This document shows, in pieces, positions 24,439-32,617 of a stretch of DNA of 37,588 bases. Both the position numbers and the translations under genes were made by a program. Position 1 is the stretch's first letter, and every line of letters begins with the position of its first letter. Below the pieces are notes generated by a model. The model did not search any database and was not told the origin of the DNA. It saw nothing but the letters and a program-made list of their open reading frames with translations. The DNA comes from an uncultured beta proteobacterium (GTDB lineage Bacteria; Pseudomonadota; Gammaproteobacteria; Burkholderiales; SG8-39). Location of the stretch: NCBI GenBank assembly GCA_903868285.1, contig CAIPUP010000256.1:1-37588 (forward strand), in the 5' to 3' direction.

Positions 24439-24468
24439 ATAAGTTATTGATTTAAAACAACTTTTTCC
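24439..24468 (-). promoter_or_regulatory. AT-rich repeat element copy A. The reverse complement GGAAAAAGTTGTTTTAAATCAATAACTTAT contains AATCAATAACTTA, an exact match to the IHF consensus WATCAANNNNTTR, with an upstream A-tract.
   Basis: Read directly from the sequence. It lies 40-70 nt upstream of aroC and shares 23/30 positions with copy B and 22/30 with copy C. Confidence 0.4.
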
Positions 24469-24508
24469 ATCTGTTGCGATCTGGCGGCCGATGGTAACGG
24501 GGTGCAGC

Positions 24509-25609
24509 GTGTCGGGCAATACCTTCGGCCATCTGTTTTGCGTCACCTCTTTTGGTGAGAGTCACGGTCCGGCGCTGGGTGGCGTCATCGATGGCTGCCC
24601 GCCGGGTATGGCCCTGTCCGAGGCCGATATCCAGGTCGAGCTGGACCGGCGCAAGCCTGGCACCTCGCGTCATGTGACGCAGCGCCAGGAGTCCGATCGC
24701 ATCGAACTGCTGTCCGGGCTGTTCGAGGGTCGCACTACCGGCACCGCGATAGGCTTTGTCATTCGCAACGAGGATCAGCGCTCGCGCGACTACGGCAATC
24801 TGGCCAACAGTTTTCGTCCCGGTCATGCCGACTACACCTACTGGCAGAAGTACGGCATCCGCGACTACCGCGGCGGCGGGCGCTCTTCGGCGCGCGAGAC
24901 CACGGTACGGGTGGCCGCGGGTGCGATTGCCAAGAAGTGGCTGCGCGAGCAGTACGGCATCGAGGTGCGTGGTTATCTGTCGCAACTCGGGCCGCAGGTA
25001 CTGGCGCTGAAGGACTGGGCTGCGGTGCACAGCAATCCGTTTTTCTGTGCCGATCCGCAGGCGGTGGCCGGTCTGGAGGACTTCATGGATGCGCTGCGTC
25101 GTGATGGCGATTCGGTCGGCGCGCGCGTGACGGTGCATGCCAGTGGCGTGCCGGTGGGCTGGGGCGAGCCGGTGTATGGCCGGCTGGATGCCGACATCGC
25201 CAGCGCCATGATGGGCATCAATGCCGTCAAGGGTGTCGAGATCGGTGACGGTTTTGCCAGCATCGCCCAGCGCGGTAGCGAGCATGGCGACGAAATGACG
25301 CCGCAGGGCTTTGTCAGCAACCACGCTGGTGGCGTGCTCGGTGGCATCTCCACCGGGCAGGAGCTGCGGGTGAGCATCGCGCTCAAGCCGACCTCGTCCA
25401 TACGCGTGCCGCGACGCTCCATCGATGTCGACGGCAATCCGACCGAAGTCGTGACCACCGGCCGGCATGACCCCTGTGTCGGCATTCGTGCCACGCCCAT
25501 CGCCGAGGCCATGCTGGCTTGCGTGCTGATGGACCATGCGCTGCGTCATCGGGCGCAATGCGCCGATGTACGCACGGCGACGCCGCGCCTGGGTATGGCT
25601 GCGTCCTAG
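24509..25609 (+). CDS. aroC: chorismate synthase
   Basis: (V)[32 protein letters not shown] is the canonical AroC N-terminus. I chose the GTG at 24509 by homology; the track start is the ATG at 24491. Confidence 0.93.
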   Translation: MSGNTFGHLFCVTSFGESHGPALGGVIDGCPPGMALSEADIQVELDRRKPGTSRHVTQRQESDRIELLSGLFEGRTTGTAIGFVIRNEDQRSRDYGNLANSFRPGHADYTYWQKYGIRDYRGGGRSSARETTVRVAAGAIAKKWLREQYGIEVRGYLSQLGPQVLALKDWAAVHSNPFFCADPQAVAGLEDFMDALRRDGDSVGARVTVHASGVPVGWGEPVYGRLDADIASAMMGINAVKGVEIGDGFASIAQRGSEHGDEMTPQGFVSNHAGGVLGGISTGQELRVSIALKPTSSIRVPRRSIDVDGNPTEVVTTGRHDPCVGIRATPIAEAMLACVLMDHALRHRAQCADVRTATPRLGMAAS

Positions 25610-25670
25610 TGGCTGCGTCGTAGTGCCATTGTTGCGCCTGGCGCCGCGCGGTCTCTGAGTCGCACAGTTC

Positions 25671-26828
25671 ATGTCAGGCGCTGTCCCCACCACCACGCTG
25701 TCGGCCTTTTATCTGGCCTATTTCGCCTATGTCGGGGCCTATTCCCCTTACTTCGGGCTGTATCTGCAATCGATCGGTCATGATGCCGCGGCCATTGGCC
25801 TTTTGCTGTCGGCCCAGCAGGTGATGCGTATCGTCGCCCCCAACCTGTGGGCGGCGATTGCCGATCGCACCGGGCGACGGGCGCACTGGATACGCCTGGC
25901 GCTGGCGGGCGGGCTGGTGTGCATGGGCGGGCTGTTTCTCACCAGTGCGTTCTGGCCGCTGTTCGTGTTCCTGGCCTTGATCGGCTTCTTCACCAATGCC
26001 GCGCTGCCGCTGTTCGAGACACTGACCTTTGCCCATCTCAAGGACGATCTGGGTCGATACGGCCGCATCCGCCTATGGGGCTCGATCGGCTTCGTGCTGG
26101 CGGTGATGGGCGTGGGCGCCTTGCTCGATCTGCTGTCGATCGAGGCCTTGCTGTGGATTTCCATGCTGCCGCTGGCCGGGGCATTGCTGGTGTCGCTGGC
26201 GGTGCCCGATGCCATCGTCAACCGGCAGGCACAGGCGGCGCTGCCGATCTGGCCGGTGCTGCGTCAGCCGGCGGTCATGGCGCTGTTTGGTGCCTGCTTC
26301 CTCAATTGCATGGCGCATGGACCGCTCTACAACTTCTATTCCATTCACCTCACCGACCATGGCTACGGCAAGACCGCAGTCGGGGTGTTGTGGTCGATTG
26401 GCGTGGTGGCGGAGATTCTGCTGTTTCTGGTGATGCCGCGACTGCTCAAGCGCTGGCATGCCAGCCAGATTTTTGCCGCCAGCTTTGCCTTCGGCACGCT
26501 GCGCTTTGTGCTGATCGGCTGGGGCGCCGACCAGGTGTGGCTGATGGTGCTGGCGCAGCTGATGCACGCCGCCACGTTTGGCGCTTACCATGCGGCGGCG
26601 CTGGGCATGGTCAACACCTGGTTTCCGGATTCCATGCGCTCGCGCGGTCAGGCGCTGTACATGAGCCTGTCGTTTGGCGCAGGCGGCATGATCGGTGGCA
26701 TCGGCAGCGGCTTTCTGTGGCAATCGGTCGGGCCGGGCTGGACGCTCACCGGCTCTTCGCTGGTCTGTCTGCTCGGGCTGGTGTTGGCCTTGCGTTCAGG
26801 CTCGGCGCCTGCGCGGGAGCAGACTTGA
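25671..26828 (+). CDS. MFS transporter (HcaT / MFS_1_like type)
   Basis: 385 aa and about 12 hydrophobic segments, with an N-terminus LSAFYLAYFAYVGAYSPYFGLYL typical of the PPP/HcaT-like subfamily. Confidence 0.85.
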   Translation: MSGAVPTTTLSAFYLAYFAYVGAYSPYFGLYLQSIGHDAAAIGLLLSAQQVMRIVAPNLWAAIADRTGRRAHWIRLALAGGLVCMGGLFLTSAFWPLFVFLALIGFFTNAALPLFETLTFAHLKDDLGRYGRIRLWGSIGFVLAVMGVGALLDLLSIEALLWISMLPLAGALLVSLAVPDAIVNRQAQAALPIWPVLRQPAVMALFGACFLNCMAHGPLYNFYSIHLTDHGYGKTAVGVLWSIGVVAEILLFLVMPRLLKRWHASQIFAASFAFGTLRFVLIGWGADQVWLMVLAQLMHAATFGAYHAAALGMVNTWFPDSMRSRGQALYMSLSFGAGGMIGGIGSGFLWQSVGPGWTLTGSSLVCLLGLVLALRSGSAPAREQT

Positions 26829-26944
26829 ACAATGCAGCTTGAACTTTCCATTGCGTGCCCGCACCTATAGGGCGGTATAAATTGCTCGTAGATTGCTCGT
26901 TGAGCGCGAACGAGACCAGGATCAATAACGAGGGAGTTGCAGTC

Positions 26945-27793
26945 ATGCGGCCTAGCGTCGAGAACATTGGCAAAACAGTCCGGCAGCACTGGTTGCTGAT
27001 CGGGCCTGCGATGTTGCTGGCACTGAGCGCCTGCCAGACGGTGCAGACCACACAATCGGGTGTGGTCGGTGTTCAGCGTCAGCAGGCCATGCTGGTGTCC
27101 GCCGAGCAGGTCAACCAGGACGCGCAAAAAGCCTATCGACAGGTACTGGGTGAGGCGCAGAAAAAGAAAACCCTGAACGCCGATGCCGCGGTGCTGGCCC
27201 GGGTGCGTGCCATTGCCGCGCGCCTCACGCCAGCGACGGTGGCGTTTCGCAGCGATGCCCCGGGCTGGAAGTGGGAGACCAATGTCATTACTGCCAAGGA
27301 CGTCAACGCCTGGTGCATGCCTGGCGGCAAGATCGCGGTCTACACCGGCCTGATCGAGCGCCTGAATGTCACCGACGACGAGCTGGCCGCAGTGATGGGC
27401 CACGAGATCGCGCATGCGCTGCGTGAACACGGACGCGAACGCATGTCCGATTCGGTCGGTCAGTCGGTGGCGGCGACGGTGGTCGGCATTGCCCTGGGTC
27501 TGGGTTCGCTGGGGCAGGATCTGACCAGCAAGGTGCTGGATGTGACCTTCAGTTTGCCCAACTCACGCACGCATGAAACCGAGGCCGATCGCATTGGCGT
27601 GGAACTGGCAGCGCGTGCTGGCTTCGATCCGCGTGCGGCGGTGACGCTGTGGCAGAAGATGTCGCGCGTCAGTGGCGGTCAGCCACCGCAGTTTTTGTCG
27701 ACCCACCCCTCGCATGAGACGCGCATCCGCGATCTCGAAAACGCCTCGCAGCAGGTGCTGCCGCTGTACGAGGCCGCCAAGGCCAAGCTGTAG
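26945..27793 (+). CDS. M48-family zinc metallopeptidase lipoprotein (LoiP/YggG-like)
   Basis: Lipobox LLALSAC, HEIAHAL zinc motif with a downstream glutamate (THETEADRIG), and LSTHPS near the C-terminus. GAGGGAG RBS upstream of the ATG at 26945. Confidence 0.88.
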   Translation: MRPSVENIGKTVRQHWLLIGPAMLLALSACQTVQTTQSGVVGVQRQQAMLVSAEQVNQDAQKAYRQVLGEAQKKKTLNADAAVLARVRAIAARLTPATVAFRSDAPGWKWETNVITAKDVNAWCMPGGKIAVYTGLIERLNVTDDELAAVMGHEIAHALREHGRERMSDSVGQSVAATVVGIALGLGSLGQDLTSKVLDVTFSLPNSRTHETEADRIGVELAARAGFDPRAAVTLWQKMSRVSGGQPPQFLSTHPSHETRIRDLENASQQVLPLYEAAKAKL

Positions 27794-28055
27794 GCTTCCC
27801 AGGTGCCCAAAGCGCCCCAGGCAGCTGCCGTGCCGTCACCCCTGCCGCAGCTGCTTGCCTCGGCCCTATCAGGGATGCTGTAGGGGGCTGGTGTAAAATC
27901 TTCAGGTTTCGGGGCCTGAAAAGGCTTGTACCTGCGTCTTTGGCACCCTGTTGCCGCAGGGCGTCGATCGCAGGTATTCAATTCGCATCCCAAATTCAAA
28001 TCTGGAAAGCGCCATCATGTCCGCCACCATCGCAAGCCCGACTGAGAATTCGGTC

Positions 28056-29465
28056 ATGCATCAGCAGACCCTGTACGACAAGCTCTGGAATCAGCATGTT
28101 GTGCATGTCGAAGACGACGGCACCACGGTGCTCTACATCGACCGTCAGTTGCTGCATGAAGTGACCACGCCGCAGGCGTTCGAGGGGCTCAAGCTGTCCG
28201 GGCGCAAGGTGTGGCGTCTGTCCGCCAACGTGGCCACGGTGGATCACAGCATTCCGACCACGCCGCCGTCCGAGGGCATCGCCGATCCCATCGCCCGGCT
28301 GCAGGTGGAAACGCTGGACAAGAACGTGCGCGAGTGGGGCATCAAGCAGTATTTCGAGTGGGGTGATCCGCGCCAGGGCATCGTGCATGTGATCAGCCCG
28401 GAGCAGGGCTCCACGCTGCCGGGCATGACCCTGGTGTGTGGCGATTCGCACACCAGCACCCATGGCGCGCTTGGTGCGCTGGCGTTTGGCATCGGCACCT
28501 CGGAAGTGGAACACGCCCTGGCAACCCAGACGCTGCTGGCACGCAAGATGAAGAACATGCTGGTGCAGGTCGATGGTGTGCTGCCCGCAGGTATCACCGC
28601 CAAGGATCTGGTGCTGGCCATCATTGGTCGCATCGGTACCGCCGGTGGAACCGGCTATGCCATTGAATACGCCGGCAGTGCGATCCGCGCGCTGTCGATG
28701 GAAGGGCGCATGACCCTGTGCAACATGACCATCGAAGCCGGCGCTCGCACCGGCATGGTGGCCGTGGATGAGCAGACGCTGAATTACATCAAGGGCCGGC
28801 CGTTTGCACCCAAGGGTGAAATGTGGGACCAGGCGGTGGCCTACTGGAAGACCCTGGTGAGCGATCCGGGTGCCAAGTTCGACCGCGTGGTGCAGATGAA
28901 CGCCGCCGACATCAAGCCGCAGGTCACCTGGGGCACCTCGCCGGAGATGGTGCTGAGCATCGAGGACCGTGTGCCCGATCCGGACAAGGAAAAGGATTCC
29001 ACCCGGCGCGAGGGCATGGAGCGTGCGCTGAAATACATGGGGCTGCAGCCCAACACGCCGATCACTGACATCCGGGTCGACAAGGTGTTCATTGGTTCCT
29101 GCACCAACTCGCGCATCGAAGATATGCGTGCGGCAGCGGCCGTGGTGCGCGGGCGCAAGAAGGCGGCCAACGTCAAGGTGGCGATGGTGGTGCCGGGCTC
29201 CGGTCTGGTCAAGGCGCAGGCCGAGCGCGAAGGCTTGCACAAGATTTTTCTCGAGGCCGGTTTCGAATGGCGTGAGCCGGGTTGCTCGATGTGTCTGGGC
29301 ATGAATCCGGATCGCCTCGAGGTCGGTGAGCGGTCGGCCTCGACCTCCAATCGCAACTTCGAAGGTCGGCAGGGAACGGGCGGTCGCACCCACCTGGTCA
29401 GCCCGGCCATGGCGGCAGCCGCTGGCATTGCCGGCCATTTCGTCGACATTCGTCACTGGAAGTAG
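28056..29465 (+). CDS. leuC: 3-isopropylmalate dehydratase large subunit
   Basis: (M)[16 protein letters not shown]-terminus, plus [19 protein letters not shown] and GCSMCLGMN Fe-S ligand motifs. In-frame ATGs also exist at 28017 and 27951. Confidence 0.95.
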   Translation: MHQQTLYDKLWNQHVVHVEDDGTTVLYIDRQLLHEVTTPQAFEGLKLSGRKVWRLSANVATVDHSIPTTPPSEGIADPIARLQVETLDKNVREWGIKQYFEWGDPRQGIVHVISPEQGSTLPGMTLVCGDSHTSTHGALGALAFGIGTSEVEHALATQTLLARKMKNMLVQVDGVLPAGITAKDLVLAIIGRIGTAGGTGYAIEYAGSAIRALSMEGRMTLCNMTIEAGARTGMVAVDEQTLNYIKGRPFAPKGEMWDQAVAYWKTLVSDPGAKFDRVVQMNAADIKPQVTWGTSPEMVLSIEDRVPDPDKEKDSTRREGMERALKYMGLQPNTPITDIRVDKVFIGSCTNSRIEDMRAAAAVVRGRKKAANVKVAMVVPGSGLVKAQAEREGLHKIFLEAGFEWREPGCSMCLGMNPDRLEVGERSASTSNRNFEGRQGTGGRTHLVSPAMAAAAGIAGHFVDIRHWK

Positions 29466-29473
29466 GAGCGGTC

Positions 29474-30127
29474 ATGGAAAAATTCACTTTGCATACCGGT
29501 GTCGCGGCGCCGATGGATCGCGCCAATGTGGACACCGATGCCATCATCCCCAAGCAGTTTCTGAAGTCGATCCGGCGTACCGGCTTCGGCCCTTATCTGT
29601 TCGATGCCTGGCGCTACCTCGACGAAGGCCAGCCGGAGATGGATTGCACCAACCGGCCGCGCAATCCCGATTTCATTCTCAATCAGCCGCGCTATCGCGA
29701 TGCCTCGGTGCTGGTGGCGAGGAAGAATTTCGGCTGCGGTTCCTCGCGTGAACATGCACCCTGGGCGCTGCTCGAGGGCGGTTTCCGGGTGGTGATTGCG
29801 CCGTCCTACGGCGATATCTTTTTCAATAATTCGTTCAAGAGCGGCCTGTTGCCTATCGTGCTGGCCGAGGCCGAGGTGGATCGCCTGCTGCACGACATTC
29901 AGGCTTTCCCCGGATTTCGGCTCACCATCGATCTGGAAAGGCAGCTGGTGATCTGGCCCGACCAGAGCAAGTCGCTGCCGTTCGAGGTCGATGCCTTTCG
30001 CAAGTACTGCCTGATGAACGGGCTGGACGATATCGGCCTGACCATGCGCCATGCCGACAAGATTCGTGATTTCGAACAGGCACGACGGCTGTCGCAGCCG
30101 TGGTTGTTTCCACTTGAATTGAATTGA
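29474..30127 (+). CDS. leuD: 3-isopropylmalate dehydratase small subunit
   Basis: [15 protein letters not shown] motif. 217 aa, immediately downstream of leuC. Confidence 0.95.
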   Translation: MEKFTLHTGVAAPMDRANVDTDAIIPKQFLKSIRRTGFGPYLFDAWRYLDEGQPEMDCTNRPRNPDFILNQPRYRDASVLVARKNFGCGSSREHAPWALLEGGFRVVIAPSYGDIFFNNSFKSGLLPIVLAEAEVDRLLHDIQAFPGFRLTIDLERQLVIWPDQSKSLPFEVDAFRKYCLMNGLDDIGLTMRHADKIRDFEQARRLSQPWLFPLELN

Positions 30128-30147
30128 TCTGCTGAACCGAGGATTGC

Positions 30148-31203
30148 ATGAAGATTGCTGTACTGCCGGGAGACGGGATCGGCGCCGAAATCGTGGTCGA
30201 GGCCATCAAGGTACTCCAGGCCCTCGATCTGAAGCTGGAGCTGGAGCAGGCGCCCGTCGGCGGTACCGCCTATGCGCAAACTGGTGATCCGCTGCCGCCG
30301 CAGACGCTGGCGCTGGCCAAGGCGGCCGATGCCATCCTGTTTGGCGCGGTGGGTGATCCGCGCTACGACAACATCGAGCGCGCCAAGCGTCCGGAGCAGG
30401 CCATCCTCGGCCTGCGCAAGGCGCTGGGTCTGTTTGCCAATCTGCGTCCGGCGACGGTGCATCCGGAGCTGGCCGATGCCTCGACCATACGCGCCGATGT
30501 GGTGGCCGGGCTGGACATCCTGATCGTGCGCGAGCTCACCGGTGACATCTACTTCGGTCAGCCGCGTGGCATGCGCACCAACGCTGCGGGCGATCGCGAA
30601 GGCTTTGACACCATGCATTACAGCGAGCCGGAGATCCGCCGCATCGCCCATGCCGGCTTCAAGGCTGCCATGAAGCGTGGCCGCAAGCTGTGCTCGGTGG
30701 ACAAGGCCAATGTGCTGGAGACCTCGCAGCTGTGGCGCGAGGTGGTCAGTTCGATGGCCAGCGAATACCCCGAGGTCGCGCTCAGCCACATGTATGTCGA
30801 CAACGCCGCCATGCAGCTGATCCGCAATCCCAAGCAGTTCGATGTCATCGTGACCGGCAACCTGTTCGGCGACATTCTCTCGGACGAGGCCTCGATGCTG
30901 ACCGGCTCGATCGGCATGCTGCCCTCGGCTTCGCTGGATGTGAATGGCAAGGGACTGTATGAGCCGATCCATGGCAGCGCGCCGGACATCACCGGCAAGG
31001 GCATCGCCAATCCGCTGGCCACCATTCTGTCGGCGGCGATGATGCTGCGCTACTCGCTCAACGACGAAGCCTCGGCAGCGCGGATCGAAGCTGCGGTGAG
31101 CAAGGTGCTGCGCGCCGGGCTGCGTACCGCCGATATCGCGCGCGCCGGCGAGCGCAGCATCAGCACCGCCGAGATGGGTGCTGCGGTGGTCGCCGCGCTG
31201 TAG
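30148..31203 (+). CDS. leuB: 3-isopropylmalate dehydrogenase
   Basis: [16 protein letters not shown]-terminus and the [26 protein letters not shown] signature. Confidence 0.95.
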   Translation: MKIAVLPGDGIGAEIVVEAIKVLQALDLKLELEQAPVGGTAYAQTGDPLPPQTLALAKAADAILFGAVGDPRYDNIERAKRPEQAILGLRKALGLFANLRPATVHPELADASTIRADVVAGLDILIVRELTGDIYFGQPRGMRTNAAGDREGFDTMHYSEPEIRRIAHAGFKAAMKRGRKLCSVDKANVLETSQLWREVVSSMASEYPEVALSHMYVDNAAMQLIRNPKQFDVIVTGNLFGDILSDEASMLTGSIGMLPSASLDVNGKGLYEPIHGSAPDITGKGIANPLATILSAAMMLRYSLNDEASAARIEAAVSKVLRAGLRTADIARAGERSISTAEMGAAVVAAL

Positions 31204-31216
31204 CCGAGAAAATATC

Positions 31217-31243
31217 GTAAGTTATTGATTTTAAAGGACTTTT
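31217..31243 (-). promoter_or_regulatory. AT-rich repeat element copy B (GTAAGTTATTGATTTTAAAGGACTTTT), with the same IHF-consensus 13-mer on the minus strand
   Basis: It fills the leuB-asd spacer and abuts the asd ATG. Its AAAGGA also serves as the likely asd SD. Confidence 0.4.
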
Positions 31244-32380
31244 ATGAAGGTCGGTTTGGTAGGCTGGCGCGGAATGGTGGGCTCGGTGCTGATGCAGCGG
31301 ATGCAGGCCGAGCAGGACTTTGCGCTGATCGATCCGGTGTTCTTCTCCACCTCGCAGGCGGGGTCGCCCGGGCCGGTGATCGATCCGGCCGCCAGCCCGC
31401 GACGTGCGCCGCAAGCCTTGCAGGACGCGATGAACATCGATGCCCTGTCGGGGATGGACTGCATCATTTCCTGCCAGGGCGGCGACTACACCAATGCCGT
31501 CCACCCCCGGCTGCGCGCTGCCGGCTGGCGCGGTCACTGGATCGATGCCGCCAGCGCACTGCGCATGAAGGACGACGCGGTGATCATTCTCGATCCGGTC
31601 AACATGGACATGATCCGCAGCGCCAAGGCGGCTGGCGGGCGTGACTGGATCGGCGGCAATTGCACCGTCAGTCTGATGCTGATCGCGATGCACGGTCTGT
31701 TCAAGGCCGGGCTGGTGGAGTGGATGACCGCCATGACCTATCAGGCGGCCTCCGGTGCCGGGGCCGAAAACATGCGCGAGCTGGTGGCGCAGATGGGTGC
31801 CACGCATGCTGCGGTCAAGCCACTGCTGGATGATCCGGCTTCGGCCATTCTCGAGCTCGACCGCGCGGTGTCCGACACCCTGCGCAGCAGCAGCTTCCCG
31901 ACCCGTCACTTTGGCGTGCCGCTGGCGGGCAGCGTCATTCCGTGGATCGACAAGGACATGGGCAATGGCCAGAGCCGCGAGGAGTGGAAGGGCGGCGCCG
32001 AGGGCAACAAGATTCTCGGCCGCGCCGCCAACCCGATCGGCATCGACGGCATCTGCGTGCGCGTGGGTGCCATGCGCTGCCATAGCCAGGCGCTGACGGT
32101 GAAGCTCACGCGTGATGTGCCCGAAGCAGAGCTCAATGCCCTGATCGCCAATGCCAACCCGTGGGTGAAGCTGGTGCCAAACGAGCGTGAGGCCACGCTG
32201 CAGCAGCTCAGTCCGGCGCAGGTGACTGGCACGCTGTCGGTGCCGATCGGTCGGGTGCGGCGGCTGGACCTCGGTGGCGCCAGCGGTCCGATGATGACCG
32301 CCTTCACCGTGGGTGATCAATTGCTGTGGGGTGCGGCCGAGCCGTTGCGGCGCATGCTGCGCATCCTGCTGGAGGCGTAG
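31244..32380 (+). CDS. asd: aspartate-semialdehyde dehydrogenase
   Basis: MKVGLVGWRGMVGSVLMQRM N-terminus and the active-site GGNCTVSLM. Confidence 0.95.
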   Translation: MKVGLVGWRGMVGSVLMQRMQAEQDFALIDPVFFSTSQAGSPGPVIDPAASPRRAPQALQDAMNIDALSGMDCIISCQGGDYTNAVHPRLRAAGWRGHWIDAASALRMKDDAVIILDPVNMDMIRSAKAAGGRDWIGGNCTVSLMLIAMHGLFKAGLVEWMTAMTYQAASGAGAENMRELVAQMGATHAAVKPLLDDPASAILELDRAVSDTLRSSSFPTRHFGVPLAGSVIPWIDKDMGNGQSREEWKGGAEGNKILGRAANPIGIDGICVRVGAMRCHSQALTVKLTRDVPEAELNALIANANPWVKLVPNEREATLQQLSPAQVTGTLSVPIGRVRRLDLGGASGPMMTAFTVGDQLLWGAAEPLRRMLRILLEA

Positions 32381-32481
32381 TTCGTTTGGCTCTGGTGGGG
32401 GGGCGTTAAAAGCCCTGCTGAAAAGCCGAAAAGTCGAATTAAAATAGTCACTTAACTGCGTTTCCATGACCTTGTTTCAGC

Positions 32482-32510
32482 TTGCCAGTGACCAGTCATG
32501 GTGTTATTTT
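32482..32510 (+). promoter_or_regulatory. candidate sigma70 promoter for fimV: -35 TTGCCA, 17-bp spacer, extended -10 TGtTATTTT
   Basis: Hexamer match and spacing read from the sequence. About 100 nt upstream of the proposed TTG start. Confidence 0.3.
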
Positions 32511-32617
32511 GGGCCTTTGGTTGTTCATCGATCCTGCTGCATCGTCAGCCCCGGCACCTTGCGGTGTCTTTGGGTTTGTGGATCTTCTTCAATTCAATCC
32601 AGCTTAAGGAACGCCGC

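Noticed and set aside
24452-25696. 414-aa minus-strand ORF opposite aroC
   Set aside because: It is antisense to a canonical chorismate synthase, with low-complexity R/A/G/H-rich translation and no family resemblance.
26851-26916. Promoter (TTGCGT ... TATAAA) and hairpin (CTCGTT-gagcgcg-AACGAG) with an ATTGCTCGT direct repeat upstream of the M48 peptidase gene
   Set aside because: The -35/-10 spacing is 19 nt and the hexamer matches are weak. The repeat and hairpin are short enough to arise by chance, so this is not reported as a feature.
27794-28055. Leucine attenuator or leader peptide upstream of leuC
   Set aside because: No short ORF with consecutive Leu codons exists in any frame. There are only weak hairpins (TTCAGG...CCTGAA at about 27901-27920) and no terminator U-tract.
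27996-32467. Minus-strand ORFs 27996-29456 (486 aa), 29453-30052, 29899-30972 (357 aa) and 31160-32467 (435 aa)
   Set aside because: All are antisense to leuC, leuD, leuB and asd, whose plus-strand products carry unmistakable signatures. These are shadow ORFs.
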